A stretch of DNA of 64,000 nucleotides from NCBI GenBank assembly GCA_964449305.1, contig CAYUYM010000004.1, positions 2,305 through 66,304 of the forward strand, given 5' to 3'. This document shows, one piece after another, positions 11,745-21,304 of the stretch. Below the pieces are notes generated by a model, which saw nothing but the letters and a program-made list of their open reading frames with translations, did no database searches and was not told the DNA's origin. Source of the stretch: an uncultured Chromatiales bacterium. Its GTDB lineage: Bacteria; Bacteroidota; Ignavibacteria; SZUA-365; CAYQST01. Every line of letters starts with the position of its first letter. Within the stretch, counting starts at the first letter, position 1. The position numbers were made by a program, and so were the translations under genes.

Positions 11745-12992
11745 ATGCACCAGGATCAACCCTCCGACCTCTCCACTCTGAAAATCGACCGCACACAGCC
11801 TGCTGCGCGCTTCAGCGGCCGGCAGCGAAAACGCCGGCGCACATGGCTGATCATCGGCGGATCTGCTGTCGTGCTCATCATCATCATCGCGCTGTCCGGA
11901 GCCTTCCATGCCGCACCGCAGGTCACGGTGACGAATGTGACGCAGATCTCGCCCACGCAGTCGCGGCAGATTCTCATGGCCTCCGGCTATGTGGTGGCGC
12001 AGCGCAAGGCCTCCATCGCCTCGAAAGGCACAGGCCGGCTGGTGGCGCTCAACGTGGTGGAGGGCCAGACGGTGAGGAAGGACGAGGTGGTGGCGCGCAT
12101 CGAGAGCAGCGACATGGAGGCGGCCATCGCCCAGGCCCGTGCGAACATCGAGCTGGCGAAGGCGGGGCTGAAGCAGGCCGAGGCCGAGCAGATTGATGCG
12201 GAGGTGAGCTTTACGCGCGCGAAGGCGCTGCTGGCGGCGGGGTCGATCTCCAAGGCCGAGCACGACATGGCGGAAGCGCGGTGGAAGCGCGGCACAGCCG
12301 CCGTGCAGTCGGCGCAGGCGTCGATCCGCGCGGGCGAGGCGGCACTCAACGCCGCGGAGATCCAGCTCGAGAACACACGCATCCGCGCGCCGTTCGACGG
12401 GACGGTGCTCACGAAGAATGCCGACATCGGCGAAGTGGTGTCGCCATTCAGCGCGTCTGCCACCTCACGCGGCGCCGTGGTGACCATGGCCGACATGAGT
12501 TCGCTGGAGGTGGAGGTGGACGTCTCGGAATCGAACATCGAGCGCATCGCTGCGGGCCAGCCCTGCGAAATCACACTTGATGCCTATCCCGACAGGCGCT
12601 ACAAGGGTGTCGTCAGCAAGATCGTGCCGACAGCCGACAGGACGAAGGCGACCGTGCTCACCAAGGTGCAGTTCCAGGACCTCGACGCACGCGTGCTTCC
12701 GGAGATGAGTGCAAAGGTGGCCTTCCTCGATCCCGCGGTGGATCCCGCTCAGATCGCCGCCCCGCTCCGGCCGGCCGTGTCGGTGGATGCCGTGGTGACG
12801 GCCGACGGGACATCGCATGTGTTTGTCGTGGACAAGGGGGTGATCCGCCGCCGCCAGGTGCAGACAGGTGCAACAGCCGGCACCATGGTTGAAGTGGTGT
12901 CGGGCCTCGCCGTCGGGGAGCAGGTGGTGTTGACACCCGGTCCCGATCTGAAGGACGGGATGGAGGTGGTGGTTGTGGAAGGCGGGAAGTGA
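11745..12992 (+). CDS. HlyD-family periplasmic adaptor subunit (membrane fusion protein) of an ABC-type exporter
   Basis: N-terminal TM, a long coiled-coil (AQARANIELAKAGLKQAEAEQ), then a beta-barrel/lipoyl-like domain (IRAPFDGTV). Confidence 0.85.
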   Translation: MHQDQPSDLSTLKIDRTQPAARFSGRQRKRRRTWLIIGGSAVVLIIIIALSGAFHAAPQVTVTNVTQISPTQSRQILMASGYVVAQRKASIASKGTGRLVALNVVEGQTVRKDEVVARIESSDMEAAIAQARANIELAKAGLKQAEAEQIDAEVSFTRAKALLAAGSISKAEHDMAEARWKRGTAAVQSAQASIRAGEAALNAAEIQLENTRIRAPFDGTVLTKNADIGEVVSPFSASATSRGAVVTMADMSSLEVEVDVSESNIERIAAGQPCEITLDAYPDRRYKGVVSKIVPTADRTKATVLTKVQFQDLDARVLPEMSAKVAFLDPAVDPAQIAAPLRPAVSVDAVVTADGTSHVFVVDKGVIRRRQVQTGATAGTMVEVVSGLAVGEQVVLTPGPDLKDGMEVVVVEGGK

Positions 12993-12998
12993 GCCGCC

Positions 12999-13673
12999 AT
13001 GCCCGGGTCCATCGTTTCCATCCGGAACATCAGCAAGTCCTACCACCGGGACTCGCTGGAGATCCCCGTGCTGCAGAACATCTCGATGGAGATCGAGGAT
13101 GGGGCGTTTCTTGCGTTGATGGGTCCCTCCGGTTCCGGCAAGACCACGCTGCTCAACCTCATCGCCGGGATCGACCGCCCCTCGGCGGGGCAGCTCATCG
13201 TGGCGGGCGTGGATGTGCCGACGCTCACCGAGTCGGAGCTTGCGTCGTGGCGGGCGGGCAACGTGGGGTTCATCTTCCAGTTCTACAACCTGCTGCCCGT
13301 GCTCACGGCGTTCGAGAATGTGGAGCTCCCGCTCCTGCTCACGAAGCTCTCACGCCGCCAGCGGCGCGACCATGTGGAGGCGGCGCTGTCGGTGGTCGGG
13401 CTCGCCGATCGCATGCATCATTACCCACGGCAGTTGTCGGGCGGGCAGGAGCAGCGCGTCGCCATCGCGCGCGCCATCGTGACCGACCCCACCATCATTG
13501 TCGCCGACGAACCCACGGGGGATCTCGACCGCCGGTCCGCGACCGACATCCTCACACTCATGGAACGGCTGAATGCCGACTTCCACAAGACCATCATCAT
13601 GGTGACGCATGACCCGCGCGCCGCGGAGTGCGCACACACGAAGCGCGTGCTGGAAAAGGGGGAGTTGCTCTGA
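12999..13673 (+). CDS. ABC transporter ATP-binding protein (MacB/LolD/DevA-like)
   Basis: Walker A GPSGSGKTT, signature LSGGQEQR, Walker B IIVADEPT, H-loop VTHD. 224 aa. Confidence 0.93.
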   Translation: MPGSIVSIRNISKSYHRDSLEIPVLQNISMEIEDGAFLALMGPSGSGKTTLLNLIAGIDRPSAGQLIVAGVDVPTLTESELASWRAGNVGFIFQFYNLLPVLTAFENVELPLLLTKLSRRQRRDHVEAALSVVGLADRMHHYPRQLSGGQEQRVAIARAIVTDPTIIVADEPTGDLDRRSATDILTLMERLNADFHKTIIMVTHDPRAAECAHTKRVLEKGELL

Positions 13674-13679
13674 CCGACG

Positions 13680-14837
13680 ATGCGCGTCTTCAAGCTCATA
13701 TTCCGGAACCTGTTGCGGCACAAACTGCGGACGCTTCTCACGATTGTGGGGATCGCCGTGGCCGTGATGGCCTACGCCCTGCTGCGCACCGTGATCAGCG
13801 CGTGGTACATCTCGCTGGAGATGACCTCCCCCAACCGCCTCATCGTGCGGAACTCCGTGTCCTTCATCTTCCCTCTGCCGGAGCATTACATGAGCCGCAT
13901 CGCCACCGTGCCCGGTGTCACGGCTGTGACGCACGCCACGTGGTTCCAGGGCATCTACATCGACGAGCGGCACTTCTTCGCACGCATGGCGGTGGATCCT
14001 GAAACCTTCCTGGACATGTATGACGAGTTCTCGGTGGACCCCATCCAACTCGCCCGCTGGAAGCAGCATCGCAACGGCGCCATTGTGGGCATCAAGACGG
14101 CGAACCAGTTCAACATCCGGATCGGCGACATCATGTCTGTGCAGGGGGACATCTTCCCCGGGATGTACAACTTTGAGGTGATGGGGTTCTACCGGAAGAA
14201 GCGCCAGTTTGCGGATGAGACGAACATGGTGTTCCACTGGTCCTACATTGATGAGACCATGAAGAAGACCATGCCGTCCCGTGCCGGGAATGTGGGGTGG
14301 TTCGTGGTGAAGATCGCGAATCCCGATCAGGCGCCGGCGATCTCCGCGGCCATCGATGCGATGTTCAAGAACTCGCCGGCGGAGACGACCACCGAGACGG
14401 AGAAGGCATTCACGCTGGGGTTCATCTCCATGTCGAGCACCATCCTCACGGCCATGCAGTTCATCTCCTACATCATCATCGGCATCATCCTGCTCGTGCT
14501 CGCCAACACCATGGTGATGACCGCGCGCGAGCGTGTGGTGGAGTATGCGGTGCTGAAGACGCTCGGCTTCACCGGGTACCATCTGTTCGGCCTCATCACC
14601 GGTGAGTCGCTGCTCATCTCCTTCCTGGGCGGCGGGCTGGGAATGCTGCTCACCTACCCCATCGTGGCGGGGATCGCCGTGCAGCTCTCGAACCTCTTCC
14701 CCGAGTTCGTCATCACCGCTGAGACACTCCTCACTGCAGGGTCGTTTGCCGTGCTCGTCGGACTGCTCGCCTCCATCGTCCCGCTTCACCGGGCGCTGAC
14801 CACACGCATCGTCGAAGGATTGAGGAACGTCGGATGA
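13680..14837 (+). CDS. ABC transporter permease, FtsX/MacB-type (DevC-like)
   Basis: N-terminal TM, a large periplasmic domain, then the C-terminal FtsX four-helix bundle. Starts 7 nt after the ATPase stop. Confidence 0.85.
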   Translation: MRVFKLIFRNLLRHKLRTLLTIVGIAVAVMAYALLRTVISAWYISLEMTSPNRLIVRNSVSFIFPLPEHYMSRIATVPGVTAVTHATWFQGIYIDERHFFARMAVDPETFLDMYDEFSVDPIQLARWKQHRNGAIVGIKTANQFNIRIGDIMSVQGDIFPGMYNFEVMGFYRKKRQFADETNMVFHWSYIDETMKKTMPSRAGNVGWFVVKIANPDQAPAISAAIDAMFKNSPAETTTETEKAFTLGFISMSSTILTAMQFISYIIIGIILLVLANTMVMTARERVVEYAVLKTLGFTGYHLFGLITGESLLISFLGGGLGMLLTYPIVAGIAVQLSNLFPEFVITAETLLTAGSFAVLVGLLASIVPLHRALTTRIVEGLRNVG

Positions 14838-16003
14838 CCATCCCCCTGAGCTACAGCTTCCGCAGCCTGTGGACACGGCGTCTCACCACCGTGCTCACCA
14901 TGAGCGGCATCATGCTCGTCGTGTTCGTGTTCTCGGCCGTGCTCATGCTGTCCAACGGTCTGCGCAAGGCGCTGGTGGCCACCGGGAGTGACAACAATGT
15001 GCTCATCGTGCGCAAGGCCTCGACGACGGAGATCATGAGCTCGGTGGACAGGGACCAGGCCGGAATTGTCCGGACGCTGCCTGAGGTCGCCGTCACCACC
15101 GATGGCAGACCGCTGTTGTCGGAGGAGGTGTCGGTGATCATCAACCTGCGGAAGTTCGGGACGAACGACATGGGGAACATCATCGTGCGGGGTGTGCAGT
15201 TGGAGGCCTTCCAGCTGCGGCCGCAGGTGCGGCTGGTCGCCGGGCGCGTGTTCCAGACGGGCACTTCGGAGGTGCTCGTGGGCAGCTCGATCAACTCCCG
15301 CTTCCGCGGCGCGACCATCGGTGACATCGTGAAGTTCGGCGGGCGCGAATGGCGGGTGGTGGGCATCCTTGATTCCGAGGGCAGCGGCTTCGATTCCGAG
15401 ATCTGGTGTGATGCGGAGCAACTGATGCAGGCCTTCCGCCGTCCCGTCTATTCCGCGATCACCGTGCGCCTCGCCCACCCGACAGACACGGTGGGATTGA
15501 AGAGAACCTTTGCCGCCGATCCCCGCCTGCAGCAGCTCGACATCCGCAACGAGCGGCAGTTCTATGCCGATCAATCGCAGATGATGTCCATGTTCATCAG
15601 CATCCTCGGGCTGGTGATCACCATCATCTTCAGCTTCGGGGCCATGGTGGGTGCGATGATCACCATGTATGCCGCCGTGGCGAACAGGACCACGGAGATC
15701 GGCACGCTGCGTGCACTCGGCTTCGGGCGCGGCAGCATCCTCCTGGCCTTCATGTTTGAGTCCTTCCTCATCTCCCTCATCGGGGGCGTCTTCGGCGTGA
15801 TCCTCGCATCGGGTCTGCAGTACATCACCGTCTCCACCACGAACTGGGGATCGTTCAGCGAACTCGCCTTCGGGTTCAGCCTGTCGCCCGACATCGTCGT
15901 CAGCAGCATCATCTTCTCCCTCGTCATGGGCTTTGTCGGAGGCTTCCTGCCGGCGGTGCGGGCGTCGCGGATGTCCATATTGGATGCGTTGAGGTCGGTG
16001 TAG
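14834..16003 (+). CDS. ABC transporter permease, FtsX/MacB-type (second paralog)
   Basis: Same architecture as the preceding gene. Its ATG overlaps the upstream stop (ATGA), indicating translational coupling. Confidence 0.85.
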   Translation: MTIPLSYSFRSLWTRRLTTVLTMSGIMLVVFVFSAVLMLSNGLRKALVATGSDNNVLIVRKASTTEIMSSVDRDQAGIVRTLPEVAVTTDGRPLLSEEVSVIINLRKFGTNDMGNIIVRGVQLEAFQLRPQVRLVAGRVFQTGTSEVLVGSSINSRFRGATIGDIVKFGGREWRVVGILDSEGSGFDSEIWCDAEQLMQAFRRPVYSAITVRLAHPTDTVGLKRTFAADPRLQQLDIRNERQFYADQSQMMSMFISILGLVITIIFSFGAMVGAMITMYAAVANRTTEIGTLRALGFGRGSILLAFMFESFLISLIGGVFGVILASGLQYITVSTTNWGSFSELAFGFSLSPDIVVSSIIFSLVMGFVGGFLPAVRASRMSILDALRSV

Positions 16004-16008
16004 CAATT

Positions 16009-16040
16009 CAGGGTTATCAAGGTTATCAGGGTTGGCGGGG
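16009..16040. repeat. Nonamer array GGTTATCAA-GGTTATCAG-GGTTGGCGG immediately 3' of the permease stop and 5' of the T9SS cargo gene
   Basis: Read directly in the sequence (CAGGGTTATCAAGGTTATCAGGGTTGGCGGGG). A near-identical array recurs at 19131-19159. Confidence 0.7.
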
Positions 16041-16206
16041 CAGCAGATACTGAGGCACACGAGCACACGTGGGCGGTTGCATGGACAAGCATCGCCCGTG
16101 AGCTCCATGTATTCTGGTGTACTTGAATGGATGGGTGCTTCCCGATCCCGGAGAACAGGATTTCCCGTACATTTCCGTTGAAATCACACCATTCATCGGC
16201 TCCGCC

Positions 16207-19110
16207 ATGCGTATCGCCATACCACCACCCGTCATCTTCGCGCTCTGCCTCCTGTTCTGCAGTGCGTCCGCCATCGCCCAGCCTGCCGCATACCGGCCGC
16301 GCGGGGTGCACGCGTATCTCGTCAACTACGGGGCGATCAATGGCGACAGGCATCTCGCGGAGCTTGCGGCGCGGCGTTTCGTTCTCATCGATGAGGGGAG
16401 TGCCGCCGACATCAGGCGCATGAGCGCGGTGAATCCTGCCCTGCCGATCCTGCAATACAAGGACCTCGTCGCGCTCTACGACCGGATGCCGGAGTATCCG
16501 GTCGTCAACCGCGATGAGCAGGCCTTCATGCATGCCTGCGAGCCGTCGGGGCTGGCCATCGCCGTGCGCGGCGATTCGGCCACGCTGGCATGGCTTCCCG
16601 ATCGGCGCGACACGCTCACACGCGGATACCGGCTTCTCCTGATGCTCGATTCGCTCGGGACGCGTCAACGTCTCGTGGATTCGGTGATCCATGAAACACG
16701 ACACTCCGTGCGGCTGCCGAAGTCCGCCGTGTTTCTCGCCGTGGCATCGGTGCTGGAGGATGGAACAGAACGGCAGTATGGTCTGCCTGTCCCCAATCCC
16801 GGTGACACGCGAGGCAGGCCGGTCGTCGCCGTCCGCGACATCACTGTGTCACGCACGCCGACACAGATCCGCTTCACCGCTGCCATCGAATCCCTCGGCG
16901 ATGTGGATCCGGATTCGGTGACCGCACTCTGTGACATCAACCTCAACAATGTGTTGGACGGCAGGACGGAGCGCATCACCACGGTGAGGAACGGCGGTCG
17001 GTGGATGCTGGACTGCAGCGCGGCCGTCACGCCGGAGGATTTCGGGGGTGTCGAGTTCGTGGTGGATGCGTGGCACACGGGCAAGCCCGAGCGCACGCCG
17101 GCGGGGGGAGCGTATTCCACGATCATCAACAACCGCATCACGAACAACAGCTACGGGTTCTTCGTGATGAATCCCGGCTCCTTCATCTGGCGAAAGGCCT
17201 ACAACGACCAGGTGCTCGGATACTTCACAAAGTATGGATACACCGGCCTGTTCGAGGACGATACGTGGTACAAGATCTCCTCGTGGTCCACCGATGTCAT
17301 GACACCGCATGCATACAACGACGTCGCGTGGAAGCAGGCGGTGTTCACCATGCTCGATTCGATCCGCATCGCCATCGCACCGCGTCCGGCGTACTTCAAC
17401 GGGTTGTTCGCCGGGGCGTCGGACAGCCTTCTCGCGCATGCCGATGGCGGGATGACCGAGGGCTTCGCGTACACGCACTGGTCGGGGCACGTCACCGATG
17501 CCTATTGGCGTGAGCTGTGCGACGTGGGGTTGCGCGCACAGCACCGCTTCCACAAGATCTGGCTCGCACTCGGTGGGGCGCCGTTTGATGATCCCGGGGC
17601 GCGGTTGTATGTGTATGCCTCCTACATGCTGCTGGACGATTCGCTCGGCATGCTCGCGAATGCGACCGACTACAGCGAGTTCTCGCACTTCCCGGAATTC
17701 GACATTCCCCTTGGCACGCCCCAGCGCACGGCGGACTCCACGGTGGACGAACTCCGACGCATCGATGCCGGGGGGGCGCCGTATCATGTGCGTGAGTTCA
17801 CGCATGGCACCGTCGTGGTCAACGCGGGCAGGACGCGCACGGTGATCACCGACGGGTGGAAGGGGTGGCCGATGCTGCGCCTGACGCCCGGCACCACCGT
17901 GGACGGCGGCCGGATCGAGACGATCGCCGGCTCCGACACGATTCCGCCGTTTCATGCACGCGTGTACCTCGATCCTGCCGCGGGTGGCGGGCTCTGGTCA
18001 CCGGAGATCGACTCCATCGTCGTGACGCCTGCGCCAATGCCGGCCGATGGTGTCACGGAGGTGCGGCTGCGCTGCCTCGCGCACGACCGCAGTGCCGCTG
18101 TCTTCCATGCGGATGCCACGAAGCCGCTGTGGATCACGGCGGATCTGGGTCCACTGGGCGGGGCAAAGGATCTCGCGCTGTACAATGATGGGGCGCCTGC
18201 GTCCGCCGGTCCATCATGGTACGAGGCGCGCTGCACCATCCCTGTGGGCGCTCTCAATGCCGACACGGGCATCCGTTTCTCCGCGTTCTCCACCACGGGC
18301 CTGATGGCGATGCAGAGCAGGCGCCTGCGCGTTGTCTCCGCGGACTCCACAAATCTGGTGATGAATTACAGTTTCGAGATTGACAACGACGAGAACACCG
18401 TTCCGGACCTGTGGACGCCCTACATGAAGGGCTTCACGTATGACACGCTTGGTGTGAATGCCGTGAGTGGCCGGCGCTCAATCCACGTTGTCAACGACAG
18501 CGCCACCGATGCGCGCGGGGTGTATGCGCGGGTGGTGCTGAATCAGACGGCACCGCACGACCTGGTGCTCTCCGGATACTCCAAGGCCGTGGATGTGTCG
18601 GGCGTGAGGAACAACGATTACTCCATGTACATCGACATCCGCTATCAGGACGGCACGCCGCTCTACGGGCAGACGGCGACCTTTTCCACCGGCACACACG
18701 ATTGGGAATACGCGGAGAAGGTCATTCATCCATTGAAGCCGGTCCAGTCCCTGAGTCTCTACGCACTGTTCCGCAACCACACCGGCAGCGCGTGGTTCGA
18801 CCACATCGCCCTGCGGCCGTATGACGGACCTTCCGTGGTGGACAGCCCCATGGCGCCGGATGCCGGCCATTTGCAGATCACACCGAATCCAGCACGGGGA
18901 GTCATCGCCATCTGTTCCCGCACTCAGATGGCACCGCAGCATGTCACCATCACAGATCTGACGGGACGCGAGGTGGTGCATCGGCCGTGCAGCCACACCG
19001 CTGAGGGGCTTGTCCACGTCGACATCACCGCACTTGCGCCGGGTTCATACCTGGTCCGGCTTGTTGGTGAGCACGGTGTCGAGACCGGCCGTTTCATACG
19101 CAGGCCGTAG
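16207..19110 (+). CDS. Large secreted T9SS cargo protein (putative glycan-binding or glycan-hydrolysing protein with a CBM4/9-like beta-sandwich) carrying a C-terminal T9SS sorting domain
   Basis: Signal peptide MRIAIPPPVIFALCLLFCSASAIAQ. A carbohydrate-binding-like region (NYSFEIDNDENTVPDLW...WFDHIALRP) is followed by a ~80-aa C-terminal domain with the T9SS CTD pattern (ITPNPARG...VTITDLTGREV...GSYLVRL...FIRRP). Confidence 0.8.
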   Translation: MRIAIPPPVIFALCLLFCSASAIAQPAAYRPRGVHAYLVNYGAINGDRHLAELAARRFVLIDEGSAADIRRMSAVNPALPILQYKDLVALYDRMPEYPVVNRDEQAFMHACEPSGLAIAVRGDSATLAWLPDRRDTLTRGYRLLLMLDSLGTRQRLVDSVIHETRHSVRLPKSAVFLAVASVLEDGTERQYGLPVPNPGDTRGRPVVAVRDITVSRTPTQIRFTAAIESLGDVDPDSVTALCDINLNNVLDGRTERITTVRNGGRWMLDCSAAVTPEDFGGVEFVVDAWHTGKPERTPAGGAYSTIINNRITNNSYGFFVMNPGSFIWRKAYNDQVLGYFTKYGYTGLFEDDTWYKISSWSTDVMTPHAYNDVAWKQAVFTMLDSIRIAIAPRPAYFNGLFAGASDSLLAHADGGMTEGFAYTHWSGHVTDAYWRELCDVGLRAQHRFHKIWLALGGAPFDDPGARLYVYASYMLLDDSLGMLANATDYSEFSHFPEFDIPLGTPQRTADSTVDELRRIDAGGAPYHVREFTHGTVVVNAGRTRTVITDGWKGWPMLRLTPGTTVDGGRIETIAGSDTIPPFHARVYLDPAAGGGLWSPEIDSIVVTPAPMPADGVTEVRLRCLAHDRSAAVFHADATKPLWITADLGPLGGAKDLALYNDGAPASAGPSWYEARCTIPVGALNADTGIRFSAFSTTGLMAMQSRRLRVVSADSTNLVMNYSFEIDNDENTVPDLWTPYMKGFTYDTLGVNAVSGRRSIHVVNDSATDARGVYARVVLNQTAPHDLVLSGYSKAVDVSGVRNNDYSMYIDIRYQDGTPLYGQTATFSTGTHDWEYAEKVIHPLKPVQSLSLYALFRNHTGSAWFDHIALRPYDGPSVVDSPMAPDAGHLQITPNPARGVIAICSRTQMAPQHVTITDLTGREVVHRPCSHTAEGLVHVDITALAPGSYLVRLVGEHGVETGRFIRRP

Positions 19111-19130
19111 GGGAGGGGGCGGGTTGACGC

Positions 19131-19159
19131 GTTGTCAGGGTTGTCAAGGTTGGCGGCGG
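19131..19159. repeat. Second copy of the nonamer array (GTTGTCAGG-GTTGTCAAG-GTTGGCGGCGG) immediately 3' of the T9SS cargo gene
   Basis: CAGGGTTGTCAAGGTTGGCGGCGG matches the upstream copy at 22 of 24 positions, apart from a 9-nt unit deletion. Confidence 0.7.
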
Positions 19160-19242
19160 TGGGACGTGGAGTGGACTCCCGCACATGCACCAAGTCAGCC
19201 GGAGTGTTCACAGGGATGACAGTGGGACGCGCGCGACGCCCC

Positions 19243-20229
19243 TCACCATCCAAGCACGAGTCCCATCCCAGCCTGTTGTGATGTGAGGACGGGGACGAGC
19301 CGGAGGGAGACGGCATCGGCGGTGTCGGAGCTGCGCCAGATCTCGGGGTGTGCGGCGATTGTCCCGAAGAGGTAGCCGATGACGACGGCCAGCGGATAGT
19401 CGCTGTACCAGTGGATGCCGTAGTTCACCATGCCCACGCCCACGAGGCCGGCGAGGGTGAGTCCCACGGGTCGGATCCACCAGACGTCGGGATAGTTTTC
19501 CGCGATCACGACCACGGTCGCCACCGAGGTGCAGACGTGTCCGCTCGGGAAGGCATCGTAGTGCGGCACCTTCTTGTGGTACTCGATCTGATCGGGGAAC
19601 CAGCGCCACAGCCCCGTGGGCTGCGAGGCGACGAAGGGACTCTCGCGCCCGGTGATGTGCTTCAACACCTGGACCACGGCACCGGCGCCCAGCACCACCT
19701 CGATGATCTGGCTCCCGGTGCGCAGTGCCCGGTTGTCGCCGGCGATGAGGCCGTACACGCCGAAGGCGCCGGCCATGCCGAACTGCGACTTCCCGTCGCC
19801 GAAGGACACAAAGATGTCGCTCCAGGTCTTGACGATGGGCTCCTCGCGGTACCAGCGGCTCCCGATGGTGTAGGTGATGTCGTCGGTGGCCATGAGGGCC
19901 GCCGTCAGCACGCCGACGCCAGCCAGCGGCAGCAGCGCGTCGCGGCTGAAGGAGACCTTGGTGAACTCCCATGCATCGCCGGGGATGTTGGTGATGCATT
20001 CGTGCCACACGGGCGGCGGAACGAGGGACCGGTCGGCCATGCGGGCTCCGCTGTCGGACGGCGGCGCGGTGAGCAGCCCGGCATCGCGCAGCACGGGAGG
20101 TGGTAGATGCAGGTGCTTCGAGAAGCGCATCTGACCGGACACCGGGGGCGTCCATGAACACACCAGGATGAGGATGAGAAGCGACAGTGGTCGGAACAGG
20201 GTGATGATGCGGATGAGTGTGCTGGGCAT
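19243..20229 (-). CDS. PAP2-family (type 2 phosphatidic acid phosphatase / undecaprenyl-PP phosphatase-like) membrane protein
   Basis: Three PAP2 motifs are present: KxxxxxxRP (LKHITGRESPF), PSGH (FPSGHV) and SRxxxxxHxxxD (GIHWYSD). Start chosen at MPSTLIRIITLF (signal/TM); the ORF track begins 40 codons earlier. Confidence 0.8.
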   Translation of the reverse strand: MPSTLIRIITLFRPLSLLILILVCSWTPPVSGQMRFSKHLHLPPPVLRDAGLLTAPPSDSGARMADRSLVPPPVWHECITNIPGDAWEFTKVSFSRDALLPLAGVGVLTAALMATDDITYTIGSRWYREEPIVKTWSDIFVSFGDGKSQFGMAGAFGVYGLIAGDNRALRTGSQIIEVVLGAGAVVQVLKHITGRESPFVASQPTGLWRWFPDQIEYHKKVPHYDAFPSGHVCTSVATVVVIAENYPDVWWIRPVGLTLAGLVGVGMVNYGIHWYSDYPLAVVIGYLFGTIAAHPEIWRSSDTADAVSLRLVPVLTSQQAGMGLVLGW

Positions 20230-20369
20230 TGCGCGAAGGGGGGAAGGGGATCGAGATGTCACGTGGGCGGCACAGACGGGTGATGGAAGGAGTGCTGGGA
20301 GTGTGGAGGGGACGTGCCGCGTCGTCAACGGAGTCGCATCAGATGACATGCGTTGTGGCGCATTCCCGG

Positions 20370-21272
20370 TCAGAATCGCACGACAAGCGAGAGGCCCTGG
20401 ATGTCAAGGGAGGAGTAGGGTTGCACGGCGACCGGGGCGTTCTCACGATCCCATGCGTCGATGAGGCGGGTGAGGGCCACACCGATGGCGGCGCCCGCAA
20501 CGCAGTCACTGATCCAGTGCGTGCGCTCAGTGATGCGGCTCACGGCCACGAGCGAGGCGAAGGAATACGTCACATACGGCAGCCATGGCGTGTCGAAGAC
20601 GAGGTTGAACGTCTCTGCCACGGAAAAGATGGTGGCGGTGTGTCCGGAGGGAAACGCATCGTAGGCGGCAAGGGAGCGGTGGTTGGGTCCCTTCTGGGTG
20701 AAGTACGCGAAGGGCCCGTGAAAGCGGCCTCCTGGCATCGTGGCATCGCTCGGACGCTCCCGGCTGAACAGGTGTTTCAACACCTGCACGGTGATGCCGG
20801 TCAGCAGGAAGGACTGGAAGCCGACACGCCCCGCCCGGCGGACCTGCTGGTCCCCGGAGATGACACCCGCCAGCCACACTGGCACGAACACCCCGAGTGA
20901 GAACATGCCGTCGCCGGTCATGGTCACCACACGGCTCATGGTGGACAGGAGTGGGCTTCGCTCCTTTGCACGGAACAGAAAGCGATAGGATCCCTGATCG
21001 CCCTCGTAGATCAGCGCGAACATCAGGACCGCCGGCACCGCCACGGCGGGATACACCCAGGTGTTCGAGGAATCGATGAGCACCGTGGCCATCAGCCCGC
21101 AGGGCACGGCCTGTGTGCTGTCACCCTCCGCCTGCGGAAGCACGACGATCACGGCGACGCGATCGGACGAGGATGTGGTGACCGCTCCGAGACGGGCTGG
21201 ATGCAACAGTGCCGCCATCATCACGAAGCACATGATGATGGCGGCATGCAGTGTGTGTCGGGGATTGATCAC
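20370..21272 (-). CDS. PAP2-family membrane phosphatase (tandem paralog)
   Basis: Motifs KHLFSRERP, FPSGH and SRITERTHWISD. Multi-TM, 300 aa. Confidence 0.82.
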   Translation of the reverse strand: MINPRHTLHAAIIMCFVMMAALLHPARLGAVTTSSSDRVAVIVVLPQAEGDSTQAVPCGLMATVLIDSSNTWVYPAVAVPAVLMFALIYEGDQGSYRFLFRAKERSPLLSTMSRVVTMTGDGMFSLGVFVPVWLAGVISGDQQVRRAGRVGFQSFLLTGITVQVLKHLFSRERPSDATMPGGRFHGPFAYFTQKGPNHRSLAAYDAFPSGHTATIFSVAETFNLVFDTPWLPYVTYSFASLVAVSRITERTHWISDCVAGAAIGVALTRLIDAWDRENAPVAVQPYSSLDIQGLSLVVRF

Positions 21273-21304
21273 GGAAGCGGTGTCACCCGCAGAACCGCGG
21301 CCGG

